Below, in pieces: positions 9,476 through 18,105 of a stretch of 64,000 nt of DNA. Source of the DNA: Candidatus Heimdallarchaeum endolithica (GTDB lineage Archaea; Asgardarchaeota; Heimdallarchaeia; Heimdallarchaeales; Heimdallarchaeaceae); NCBI GenBank assembly GCA_021513715.1, contig CP084167.1, positions 224,001 to 288,000 of the forward strand. The letters are read 5' to 3'. Every line of letters begins with the position of its first letter. The stretch's first letter is position 1. The translations under genes and the position numbers were made by a program. Below the pieces are notes generated by a model. That model was given only the letters and a program-made list of their open reading frames with translations. It did not search any database and had not been told where the DNA came from.

Positions 9476-11287
9476 CTATATCTCTTCAAGATTTAATTTT
9501 GAAATTGTAGATGGTAAAGGTTCTCCAAACTCATCTAAACCGCGTTTTTCGTATAATTTTAAAAGAGATTTATTGAAATCATCTTCAGAGATAAAAGCTT
9601 TCATTCCTTTTGCTCTTCCTTCAGGCATCGGTTCCCAAAATCGTGGAGGGAGTTTATCAAATTCTCTCGCTTTTCTAGGTTTAAACTCTCTAATATTAAA
9701 CATTCTTTTGAGTATCCAAACCCTTTTTGCAATATTAATAATCTCTTCTCTCTCAAATTTTTCATCAAAAGCAGCTTCTACCATTTCGTGGCAATCATCA
9801 ATATTTAGTGCTGGGCTTATACTATGTGTAAAATGACAGATGATCAAACTATCTTTTAAAGTTTTCAAATCTTGTTGCTCTATTAACGAATCAATAACAG
9901 ATAGTGCACTCTTATCGGGAATGTCACTAGTTGAAGGCCAACCTCTTAAATGACTAGCTCCAACAGCAGCAGTGGCATAACTTAAACCTAAACCCAATTT
10001 TCCCCTTGGATCCCAAGCTGCATAAGGAAGCTTCTTTGTATGCACAGCTAAATCCTCTGTGTTAAAATTTTTAGCAGCATCAACAAGTCCTTCAGCCAGA
10101 ATATCCCCAATTCCTTTGCGATAAGCAATATTGTCAATTAGTTCCATTAGTTTTTCTTTATTTCCAAATCTAATATCTCGATATTCTTTTTCTTTAATTC
10201 TTCCTTTTTCTACTCCTTCCATGATCATTGCAATTATGCTTCCTGTTGAAATCGTATCTAAACCATATTCATTACATCTATAATTTGCTTTGATTATTGT
10301 TTCTGGTTCATCAATAGCACAATTACCTCCAATTAATCCTAAAGTTTCATATTCAGGTTTGGCAATAAATTCTTCATCTGTCCAATTAAAAGAAGAAGCA
10401 TCAATAACTTCAGAGCAAGAAATAACACATTTATAGCATGGTCTTCTTTTTCTTTTATACTTTTCAAGTGCTTTATGGTTTATTTTGTCATGTTTATCAA
10501 ATACCCCGCTCTGGAAATTCTTTGTAGGAAACTGAGAATATTGATTTGCAAGGTCAACTAGCCAACTAGTTCCATGTTGATACAGTAGATGTTTATGCTC
10601 TTTTGCAGTCTTAGCTCTTTTGATTATTTCTCTTCTTATTTTGTCAAATTCTACCTTATTGCCATTTATTGGTTTAGAACTCCCTTTAATACCAATGGCT
10701 TTCAAATTTTTGTTACCAAAAACTGCGCCTAAACCTCCTCTTCCAGCGTTTCTAAACCTATCAGAGGTAACGCAGGCAATTTTTACTTTATTTTCTCCAG
10801 CTGGACCAATGGATATAACACGCATACTTTTTTCATTTTCAAGTTCTCTGAGTTTATCTTCTGTTTGGTGAGTTGTTTTACCCCATAGTAAAGATGCATC
10901 TTTAATTGAAATAATATCGTCAATTATTGAAATATAGACAGGCTTTTCTGCTTTCCCTTCAATTATTATAACATCATACCCTGCAAACCTTAGTTCAGGA
11001 CCAACAAAACCACCAACATTTGTATCTAAAAACAGTCCTGTTAATGGAGATTTAGTACCAATACTATATCTACCAGTAATAGGTACAACTGTTCCTTGCA
11101 GAGGTCCTGAAGCAATAACTATTTTATTTTCTTCAGACAAAGGTTCAATTCTTGGTTTAACCTCTTTATAAAGATAGTAAGTGATAAAACCTGTACCTCC
11201 AAGAAATTTTCTACTTATTTCCTGAGGGATATTTTCAATAGTATGTGTTCTATCAGTAAGATTAATTCGAAGTAAAACTTGTTGCAT
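9476..11287 (-). CDS. aor: Tungsten-dependent aldehyde:ferredoxin oxidoreductase family protein
   Basis: FLGGTG, TKSPLTG, GYDVIIIEGKAEKPVY, IGPAGEN, AGRGGLGAVFGNKNLKAI, CYKCVISC, PEYETL, GLDTIS, GASHLR, ICHF. Confidence 0.95.
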   Translation of the reverse strand: MQQVLLRINLTDRTHTIENIPQEISRKFLGGTGFITYYLYKEVKPRIEPLSEENKIVIASGPLQGTVVPITGRYSIGTKSPLTGLFLDTNVGGFVGPELRFAGYDVIIIEGKAEKPVYISIIDDIISIKDASLLWGKTTHQTEDKLRELENEKSMRVISIGPAGENKVKIACVTSDRFRNAGRGGLGAVFGNKNLKAIGIKGSSKPINGNKVEFDKIRREIIKRAKTAKEHKHLLYQHGTSWLVDLANQYSQFPTKNFQSGVFDKHDKINHKALEKYKRKRRPCYKCVISCSEVIDASSFNWTDEEFIAKPEYETLGLIGGNCAIDEPETIIKANYRCNEYGLDTISTGSIIAMIMEGVEKGRIKEKEYRDIRFGNKEKLMELIDNIAYRKGIGDILAEGLVDAAKNFNTEDLAVHTKKLPYAAWDPRGKLGLGLSYATAAVGASHLRGWPSTSDIPDKSALSVIDSLIEQQDLKTLKDSLIICHFTHSISPALNIDDCHEMVEAAFDEKFEREEIINIAKRVWILKRMFNIREFKPRKAREFDKLPPRFWEPMPEGRAKGMKAFISEDDFNKSLLKLYEKRGLDEFGEPLPSTISKLNLEEI

Positions 11288-11396
11288 AACAGTCTTTATT
11301 TTTATAAATTAATAACTTTTACCAAACCTCAAAAACAAAAGTATTGATGTGAAATAAAAAGAAAAGAATAAAAATATAGGCAAAAACAACAGCTAA

Positions 11397-11678
11397 ATGA
11401 AGTACTCTGTCATTCAAAAATGTAAAAAACAAACAGGATATGAAGCTTTACCAGATGAGCAAATTAAGGTAGACTTAGAGAAATTAAAGAAAATACTTGT
11501 TGAAGACGAGTATTTCAAAATTTTAAGAGAAACGAAAGTTGTCTTTATTTTAGAAACTAAAAAAGGTAAAAAAGTTTCTTTTTTTCCATCTGGAAAGATA
11601 TTAATTTATAGAGTAGAAGAAGAGGAAGCACAAGAAGTTGTAAAAAAAATGTCTCTTCTAATTAACAAGACTGTATAA
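11397..11678 (+). CDS. Small protein with a single TBP-like (helix-grip) domain
   Basis: KVSFFPSGKILIYRVEEEEAQEVVKKM resembles one TBP repeat (LIFxSGKxVxTG...A...V) and the C-terminal domain of some ThiF/MoeB proteins. Confidence 0.55.
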   Translation: MKYSVIQKCKKQTGYEALPDEQIKVDLEKLKKILVEDEYFKILRETKVVFILETKKGKKVSFFPSGKILIYRVEEEEAQEVVKKMSLLINKTV

Positions 11679-11723
11679 TTTGAAATTAAGAAAATTTATA
11701 TTACAAAACTAAAATCAAATATT

Positions 11724-12515
11724 ATGCAAGGAGGAGTTCATCTTCTTTCAGGCCTAGTTTTAGCAAGTCTTGGAAAGAAAAAAGATTTCAAAGTATCAGT
11801 TACTTTTGGAGCAATTATTCCAGATATCGATATATTCATTGCTGCTTTAGCATATCTTTTTATTGGAGAAAAGGCTGTAATTTTACACAGATCATTTACA
11901 CACAGTATGTTTTCTATTAGTATTCTCTCTTTGCTTATCTACATTTTAGGATTAACAATAAAGAAATATTTTCCAGATAAAAAAATAAGCAAAATGGATT
12001 TTAGAAGTATAAGTATAGGAATAGGTATAGGAATGCTTACACATGTAATTTTAGACTTGTTTTATTTGGTAAAAGTAGCCATTTTTTGGCCTTTTAGCTT
12101 TACTTTTATTGGTTGGCCACTAGTTACAGATCTTCAACTTTCAGTACTTGCTCTAAAAATACTTCAAACTACAGATTTCATGACAGATATATTTTTCTTT
12201 ATACTACCTTTAACTATTATTTCTTTTAAGCAAGATAAATGTAAATATTTTAGGAAACTCCTTATACCATATATAATTATAGACTTACTTTTTACTATTA
12301 TATTCATTTTTGTAGCATTTTTCATTCCGTTATCTTATAATGATTTCTTAGTCTACTTATATTATCCAGGAACATTCTTTTTGCTTTTCTCCATTTTCTC
12401 TCCTCTGATTTTCAAGGAGGTAATTAAGGAGTTCAAATTTGATAATTTTATAATTGTTATAATAGTAGCATTGTTTATTTTTTCTCAATTACTATTTAGT
12501 CTTTTTCTTCTCTGA
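11724..12515 (+). CDS. Membrane-bound metal-dependent hydrolase (YdjM-like)
   Basis: N-terminal His (GGVHLL), GAIIPDID, HRSFTHS, THVILD motifs and multiple TM segments. Confidence 0.88.
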   Translation: MQGGVHLLSGLVLASLGKKKDFKVSVTFGAIIPDIDIFIAALAYLFIGEKAVILHRSFTHSMFSISILSLLIYILGLTIKKYFPDKKISKMDFRSISIGIGIGMLTHVILDLFYLVKVAIFWPFSFTFIGWPLVTDLQLSVLALKILQTTDFMTDIFFFILPLTIISFKQDKCKYFRKLLIPYIIIDLLFTIIFIFVAFFIPLSYNDFLVYLYYPGTFFLLFSIFSPLIFKEVIKEFKFDNFIIVIIVALFIFSQLLFSLFLL

Positions 12516-14150
12516 TTTTTCCTTGTTTGGACTTTTTTTGAAAATATCTACATCTAAATTAGCTAGCCTTCTAAATACATCATGTTTTCCATTAGATTCT
12601 GAGATTATGACAATCAATTTATCAAGTACATCTTTAGGATTAATACTTTTATCAGAAACAAGCAATTCTTGAAAAATAGTTACTAAACCTTCTAAGATAT
12701 CTGAATCATCAGATAAAAATAGTATATTACTAATATTTTGCGTAAGATCCAATGGATTTAGCTCCCTGTTATAAATGAGTTCACAGAAAGAAACAAGAAT
12801 CTGTTCTGTTACGCCTAAATCTTTACTTGACAACATGTTATGGGCTATTTCTACTATGAAATCAGTTGTTATAAGATTTGGTTTATTTGAGATTATCTTT
12901 GAAACAAGATTATATGCTCTTAGAGCTATTAGAGGATGAGGTGAGTTAGTAGCGATTATTTCAATTAATCGAAAAACATTTTGCACATTTTCTTTAGGAA
13001 CATCTATCAATGAATAGTGCTCAATATTTTGAATTGCTGTATAACATATATCTTCATCTTTTGTTTTTTGCATAATAATATACAAACTTGCTAAAGCATC
13101 ATCTATCATTTCTTCTTGAGTTTGTAAGATAATAGATAAAAATAGTTCAATTGCTCTAATTCTAATATTTTTTGAGTGATGAGACTTTAGCATTTTAATA
13201 ATACTTTCAAAATTTTCTTCTGTTACTCTTTTTCTTAAAATCAATGCTTCAAGGGCTTTTAGACCTAATTCTCTGAGTCTATCTTCATAAGTAGCTCTTA
13301 CAATCTTAATAATATTATTAACTAAAAAAGTGGATTTTTCATTGTAAAGAAATACCAACTCAGGATAAGCTGAAATAGCTATTTCTCTAATTCTTTTATC
13401 ATAAGAGAAAGTTAGAAGTTTAGCCAAATTATCTACATGATAATTTAGTTTATTCATTGATTTTGTTTTTGAAATTATTAACTCAAGACATCTAAATGAA
13501 ATCATTCTCATCTCTGAATCATCAGATGTTTTATAAATCACTAAAAACGCTTCTGCAATTCCAAATAGAGGGTTATATGACTCAATTGTTGTAACAATAT
13601 TACTTAAACTACCTATTGCAATTAATCTTTCTTCTTCATCAAAACTTCTTTTTAGAATTTCTGTTAATGTAATTGCTATATCTCGTCCTAAATCAATATT
13701 GTCAATAGGAAGCAATAAAATGGAATTGATTAAACTTCTAACATTAGTCTGTTTAGGTAAATATCTATCTGATTTTATCTGATTAAAAAGTTGAGTAATT
13801 TCAAGTGTATCTTTCTTATTAATTTTAAATCTTGTTGTTCCTTTTCTTATAATTTCTATTTCTTTTGTTAAATTGAATATTTGATTATATTTCTTATTTC
13901 TATTATTAGGTAAATTTTCTTGTTCATCGTCCTCAGAATAAGAAATTAGTCTAGCTAAAGAAGCAGCTGCAGCATCACGTACTTTTGGATTAGGGTCACG
14001 AAGTTGTGCATTTAAAAGAGCATCTAACACCTCTGAATCAGGAAAGTTTGACAGTAATATCGCAGCTTTTTCTCTTTGTACAGGGAGAGAACTCAAACGA
14101 AGTTGTTTTAATAATGCTAATTTCTCATCTTTAGACGAATAACCTGTCAT
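12492..14150 (-). CDS. HEAT/ARM-repeat alpha-solenoid protein
   Basis: DPNPKVRDAAAASL followed by ~10 units of the type D/ExxxRxxAxxxL (EEERLIAIGSL, DSEMRMISFRCL, DKRIREIAISAY, EDRLRELGLKAL, SKNIRIRAIELF). Confidence 0.8.
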   Translation of the reverse strand: MTGYSSKDEKLALLKQLRLSSLPVQREKAAILLSNFPDSEVLDALLNAQLRDPNPKVRDAAAASLARLISYSEDDEQENLPNNRNKKYNQIFNLTKEIEIIRKGTTRFKINKKDTLEITQLFNQIKSDRYLPKQTNVRSLINSILLLPIDNIDLGRDIAITLTEILKRSFDEEERLIAIGSLSNIVTTIESYNPLFGIAEAFLVIYKTSDDSEMRMISFRCLELIISKTKSMNKLNYHVDNLAKLLTFSYDKRIREIAISAYPELVFLYNEKSTFLVNNIIKIVRATYEDRLRELGLKALEALILRKRVTEENFESIIKMLKSHHSKNIRIRAIELFLSIILQTQEEMIDDALASLYIIMQKTKDEDICYTAIQNIEHYSLIDVPKENVQNVFRLIEIIATNSPHPLIALRAYNLVSKIISNKPNLITTDFIVEIAHNMLSSKDLGVTEQILVSFCELIYNRELNPLDLTQNISNILFLSDDSDILEGLVTIFQELLVSDKSINPKDVLDKLIVIISESNGKHDVFRRLANLDVDIFKKSPNKEKSEKKKTK

Positions 14151-14542
14151 CTAATTTTAAAGTGTGATTTAAACTATTTATATTTAACCTTAAGGTAAAT
14201 CTAAAATCAAATATTGTATTTTGAAAAAATTTTTAACGAGAGAACTTTCTTTTAAAGTATGAAAGCCCTTTTTCTAATTAATGCTAGTAAACAAGAAAAA
14301 GAAGAAATAAAAGAAAAGCTAAGGGAAGAAGTAGAAGCTATTTTTGGAGATGAACTTACAGAAGAAGAAAGAAAAAATGTTTTGAAAGAAGTAGAGATCA
14401 TCCTAGGAGGGAGGTTATCAGATGAAGAATTAAATAGTGTAAAAAAGTTAAAATTTCATCAGACTTTTGGAACTGGTGTAGATAGACATAATTTAAAAAT
14501 CTACAAACAGAAAAACATTATTCTCTGTAATAGCCATGAAGT

Positions 14543-14868
14543 GCTCTTTTGTACATTTTTGTTATACTAAAAACTAGGTGTTTAAATAGTGAAAAGACAT
14601 TAATAAATTAGAGAGGAAAGGAAAAGAGGAATACCAACTCTCTATTAGCCGGCACGGCGTGTCGGGGTAAAAAAACATGCGCATGAAGGCAGAATCAACG
14701 AATAGTTGAATATAATTTAACTTTCCCGTGTGAGCGGATGATTTTTTCATCCAGTTTCCACGGTGGAGGAGTTCTCAACCTTCTCCTCTGGCTCAATGAG
14801 TGTTTAGTTCTTTCTCTCGAATGAACTAACAGGAGAGTAAGATTTGTGCAAAAAATGTACAAAAATCG
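14543..14868 (+). mobile_element. Non-autonomous insertion element with subterminal inverted repeats (IS110/IS1111-like geometry)
   Basis: Perfect 14-bp IR TTTTGTACATTTTT (14547-14560) / AAAAATGTACAAAA (14851-14864), each 4 bp inside a direct AGT repeat (14540-14542, 14869-14871); removing the element restores an in-frame ORF; no transposase ORF. Confidence 0.7.
14609..14830 (+). ncRNA. Putative structured RNA inside the element (bridge/seekRNA candidate)
   Basis: GC-enriched island downstream of TTTAAATA (14581-14588); stems TAGAGAG/CTCTCTA, AGCCGG/CTGGCT, CGGGG/TCCCG, TCAAC/GTTGA, GGATGA/TCATCC, GAGGAG/CTCCTC, TTAGTTC/GAACTAA; contains CATGAAG, identical to the left insertion flank. Confidence 0.5.
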
Positions 14869-14999
14869 AGTTGATGATAGAGTAATTAAACTTGTAGAAA
14901 ATATTAATAGGTTTGTTAGGAATGAAGAACCACTTAACAAAGTAAATTTGGACACAGGATATTAAAAAAGTTAATTAAGGTTAAATAAACTTAATAAAC

Positions 15000-15779
15000 G
15001 TGAAAGAAGATACTATTTCCACGCAGTTGCTAAGACAAATAGTTCAAAATGGAGAATTCCACAAAAAATTGTCATTCTATTTACAAAATCAAATATCTAT
15101 CAAATCACTTCTTTTACGACTCTTAGAAAAGATTCCTTCAGAATTTATTCTTGGTATAAACATATTTGATAGTTTTGGAAAAATAATTGAATCATCAGGA
15201 TCAATTATAGGTCAATATTCTACCATAATTACTTTTGGGCAAAAAAATCAATTCAAGGTTGAATATTCTATCTCAAGAAAAGAAAATAAACAAATTAATA
15301 TTTTACTAATAGGATTTAGTAAAAGTGGAAAATCAAGTATTATTCATAGATTAAACTATAATTCCTTTTTAGGAACAAAACTTCATAACATTGGAATTTC
15401 CACATCCCAATTTTATTTTCTTGGGAAAACACTAAAGATTACAGAAGTTGGCGGAAATATGGATCTAATTACATATTATCTAAATAAGGAAGTAAATAAC
15501 AACTTTGATATAATCTTCTTTGTTCTTGACTACAGTTTTATCTATAAGGAATCATTATACGAGCGAATTTTTGCAATTTTGAAAAAAATTGAAGAGGAAT
15601 ATAAGCTTAAAATAACATTCATTTTGACAAAAAATGACGTGAAAATCACTTCTAAAAACTTTGAGAGAATAACAAAAAAGATAGAAGATATTTCTTTTTC
15701 ACAGAAAAATTTGATTACTTATTCTTCTTTAACAAATAATAATTTTCAATTATTAAAGAAACACATAAAAGCATTATAA
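15000..15779 (+). CDS. Arf-like small GTPase with N-terminal extension (degenerate motifs)
   Basis: G1 ILLIGFSKSGKSS, switch-I NIG, G3 ITEVGGN, IIFFVLD, G4 LTKND, G5 YSSLT. Confidence 0.8.
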   Translation: MKEDTISTQLLRQIVQNGEFHKKLSFYLQNQISIKSLLLRLLEKIPSEFILGINIFDSFGKIIESSGSIIGQYSTIITFGQKNQFKVEYSISRKENKQINILLIGFSKSGKSSIIHRLNYNSFLGTKLHNIGISTSQFYFLGKTLKITEVGGNMDLITYYLNKEVNNNFDIIFFVLDYSFIYKESLYERIFAILKKIEEEYKLKITFILTKNDVKITSKNFERITKKIEDISFSQKNLITYSSLTNNNFQLLKKHIKAL

Positions 15780-16625
15780 GTGAAAAAAATGATCAAAGAG
15801 ATATGGTTAGTTTCAAACGATGGTATTCTAATAAAGCATTCAATTATAAAAAAATCAGTTCCTATTGACCCAGATCTGATTGGTGCTTTAATGAGTGCTC
15901 TACAATCCTTTTCAGTAGAATTAACAGGAAAAACTATTAACTATATAGATATTGCAGGAGATGAAAGGCTGATTTACATTCCTTTTTTTAATAATCGTTT
16001 CTTTCTAGTTGCAAGAATAGAATTTGAGAAAGGAGAAAGAGCATTTTTAAAGGAAGTTGAAAATTTCAGATTTCTAGTAACAAGTACTTTTACTGACTAT
16101 GAGACAGAAGAAATAATCGATCGTGAGTTTGGAGATGGTACCTTCTTTTTAAACCTCTTTGAAGAGCCATTCATGCAAGTTCTTGATGTGTTAAAAGATT
16201 ATGCAATAAGAGAAGAAGAAAGAATTCACAATCTAAATATTGACTCAACGAAAAAACTAGATTTCTTCAATAAAGTAGAAAAATATATTGAAAATACACC
16301 ATACAATCTTTTCATTTTAGACAGATATACAAATGAGTTATTATTTCATAAAACAACTTCAAATATTTTTTACTCTGACCACACCTATCTTTTAAAAATT
16401 CTTAATGAAATTAAATTTTCCATCTTTATAAAAGAGAACTTGAATAAGATAGCTTTTACTAATGGAAGCATCGAAGTCATTGCTTACTATTCTGAATTGT
16501 TTGTTTATATATTAGTAAACACTGAATGTCAAAACTCAAGTTTGATATCTCCTCCAGAATTTCCTAAAATGGCTAAAATACTATTAGAGATAAATAACGA
16601 AGAGTCTGCTTATTTTAATAAATAG
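15780..16625 (+). CDS. Longin-like domain protein (possibly tandem longin)
   Basis: IWLVSNDGILI...IDPDLIGALMSALQSFSVELTG (Asgard longin-like pattern); second similar start NLFILDRYTNELLFHK; GTG start abuts the GTPase stop. Confidence 0.7.
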   Translation: MKKMIKEIWLVSNDGILIKHSIIKKSVPIDPDLIGALMSALQSFSVELTGKTINYIDIAGDERLIYIPFFNNRFFLVARIEFEKGERAFLKEVENFRFLVTSTFTDYETEEIIDREFGDGTFFLNLFEEPFMQVLDVLKDYAIREEERIHNLNIDSTKKLDFFNKVEKYIENTPYNLFILDRYTNELLFHKTTSNIFYSDHTYLLKILNEIKFSIFIKENLNKIAFTNGSIEVIAYYSELFVYILVNTECQNSSLISPPEFPKMAKILLEINNEESAYFNK

Positions 16626-16663
16626 AGTGAATTGTTGAAGTATTATTAGAAAAAAAAGAAAAG

Positions 16664-17986
16664 CTAATGTGTTCCTTTACTCAAAAGATGTTTAGGAACT
16701 AGTAGTGTTCCAAAAACGCTAATAGCACAAAGAATCCAGATTAAAACAATTAATCCAAACAAACCTCCAACCGATTGTGAAAACTCTGCTGAAAGAGGTC
16801 CAATAATCATTCCTGTACCATAAACAACTGAATAAGCACCCATACTTGATCCATAATTCTCTTTTGGAGATAGATCAGTTAACAACGCTAGAGCTGCTGG
16901 AGGAAAAGCTCCACAACCTATTCCCAAAATAAACATTAAAGGAGATAAATATAGAAGAAGGTTTGGATTATTTTCTTTAGCTTGTTCTGCTCCAATAATA
17001 AGAACTGTAACAAAACCTGCAAAGGAAAACATGCCTATATACAAAAAGGGTTTTCTTCCTATTTTATCGCTTAAAATCCCATTTAGAGGAAAGCCTATTA
17101 GTATCGAACCAAAAATAATTGCAAGAACAATCAATAGCTTGATATCATGTAGATTTAAAGTATGAGCTAATTCTTCAGCATTTGTCAACACAATAGCATA
17201 AAGGCAAATTATTGGTACCCAAACAGGCATCAAATAACGTAAATTTTTATCTTTAATTATAAAAGCAACTTTTTCTCTTATTGTTTGTTCTTTACCAAAC
17301 TTTACAAATTGTTTTTGTTTTAATAATAATATTGCTGCAGCTAGTGAAACAAACAGTAATACTGCTGCAACTATAAATAACATTTCACTTACCATTGCAA
17401 CTCTTTCATAAAATTCAGTTTTTTGAGAATTAGTCATTATAGAAATATCTTCTTTACCAAACAAGATTTCCATAATAAGAAAACCTCCTCCAAATCCCAA
17501 CCCTAGTCCTATAAGTGTCATCGCGTCATAAAAACCCATAAAACGCCCTCTTTTGTTTTCAGGAGCTTCATCAGCTACAATGGAGAGTGTAGAAGCTACT
17601 TGAGCTGCTGCACCAATTCCCAAAATAGAAGAAACAATTAACAATAACATAAACTCTGAAACAAAAGAAAATAGTAAAATCGCTATTGCAGTTGTACTTA
17701 GACCAATATAATAAATAATTTTTCTTCCTATTTTATCTGATAACACCCCAAAAATTAATACTGTAAGTAATTCACTTAATGGATAAACAATAAATATCCA
17801 TGTTTTTTGAACTGAAGAAAGATGAGTTAAATAGTGAGGATAATTCAAGATTGCTATTGCCAAATAAAAACTTGCTCTCATTAAAAGAGTAGTAATAAAA
17901 ACTATTAGAAGAGAACTAGGTATTGATAATAAGTCTTTCAGTTTAGTTCCTAGTTTTTCTTTGTTTTCAGACGTTTTAGAGGACAT
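16664..17986 (-). CDS. MFS transporter
   Basis: Motif A twice (GVLSDKIGRK, GILSDKIGRK), ENKRGRFMG, ~12 TMs; probable start MSSKTS at 17986. Confidence 0.92.
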   Translation of the reverse strand: MSSKTSENKEKLGTKLKDLLSIPSSLLIVFITTLLMRASFYLAIAILNYPHYLTHLSSVQKTWIFIVYPLSELLTVLIFGVLSDKIGRKIIYYIGLSTTAIAILLFSFVSEFMLLLIVSSILGIGAAAQVASTLSIVADEAPENKRGRFMGFYDAMTLIGLGLGFGGGFLIMEILFGKEDISIMTNSQKTEFYERVAMVSEMLFIVAAVLLFVSLAAAILLLKQKQFVKFGKEQTIREKVAFIIKDKNLRYLMPVWVPIICLYAIVLTNAEELAHTLNLHDIKLLIVLAIIFGSILIGFPLNGILSDKIGRKPFLYIGMFSFAGFVTVLIIGAEQAKENNPNLLLYLSPLMFILGIGCGAFPPAALALLTDLSPKENYGSSMGAYSVVYGTGMIIGPLSAEFSQSVGGLFGLIVLIWILCAISVFGTLLVPKHLLSKGTH

Positions 17987-18105
17987 TTGGCTTAACAAGA
18001 ACTTATAATATATAAACTCTTTTCTTAGAGTAGCAATTCTTTCAAAAAATATTTTTATAGGAGAAAATTTTAAAGCGTGCATAAAAATGCATAACTGACG
18101 TAAAT

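Larger units (their letters stand above)
14259..14965 (+). pseudogene. D-2-hydroxyacid dehydrogenase remnant, NAD-binding domain missing and interrupted by a 326-bp element
   Basis: N-part LKFHQTFGTGVDRHNL...IILCNSH (14259-14540); C-part VDDRVIKLVENINRFVRNEEPLNKVNLDTGY* (14870-14965); no GxGxxG Rossmann domain in between. Confidence 0.8.

Noticed and set aside
14609-14830. SRP RNA, RNase P RNA, tRNA or TnpB omega-RNA
   Set aside because: No SRP helix-8 motif, GAGGAAAG is not followed by the RNase P P4 continuation, no cloverleaf, and the IR-bounded ends do not fit IS200/IS605 hairpin ends. A covariance-model search would be needed for full exclusion.
14695-14955. 86-aa minus-strand ORF as a transposase fragment
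   Set aside because: It straddles the element boundary, is antisense to the dehydrogenase C-terminus and shows no DDE/DEDD/HUH motif.
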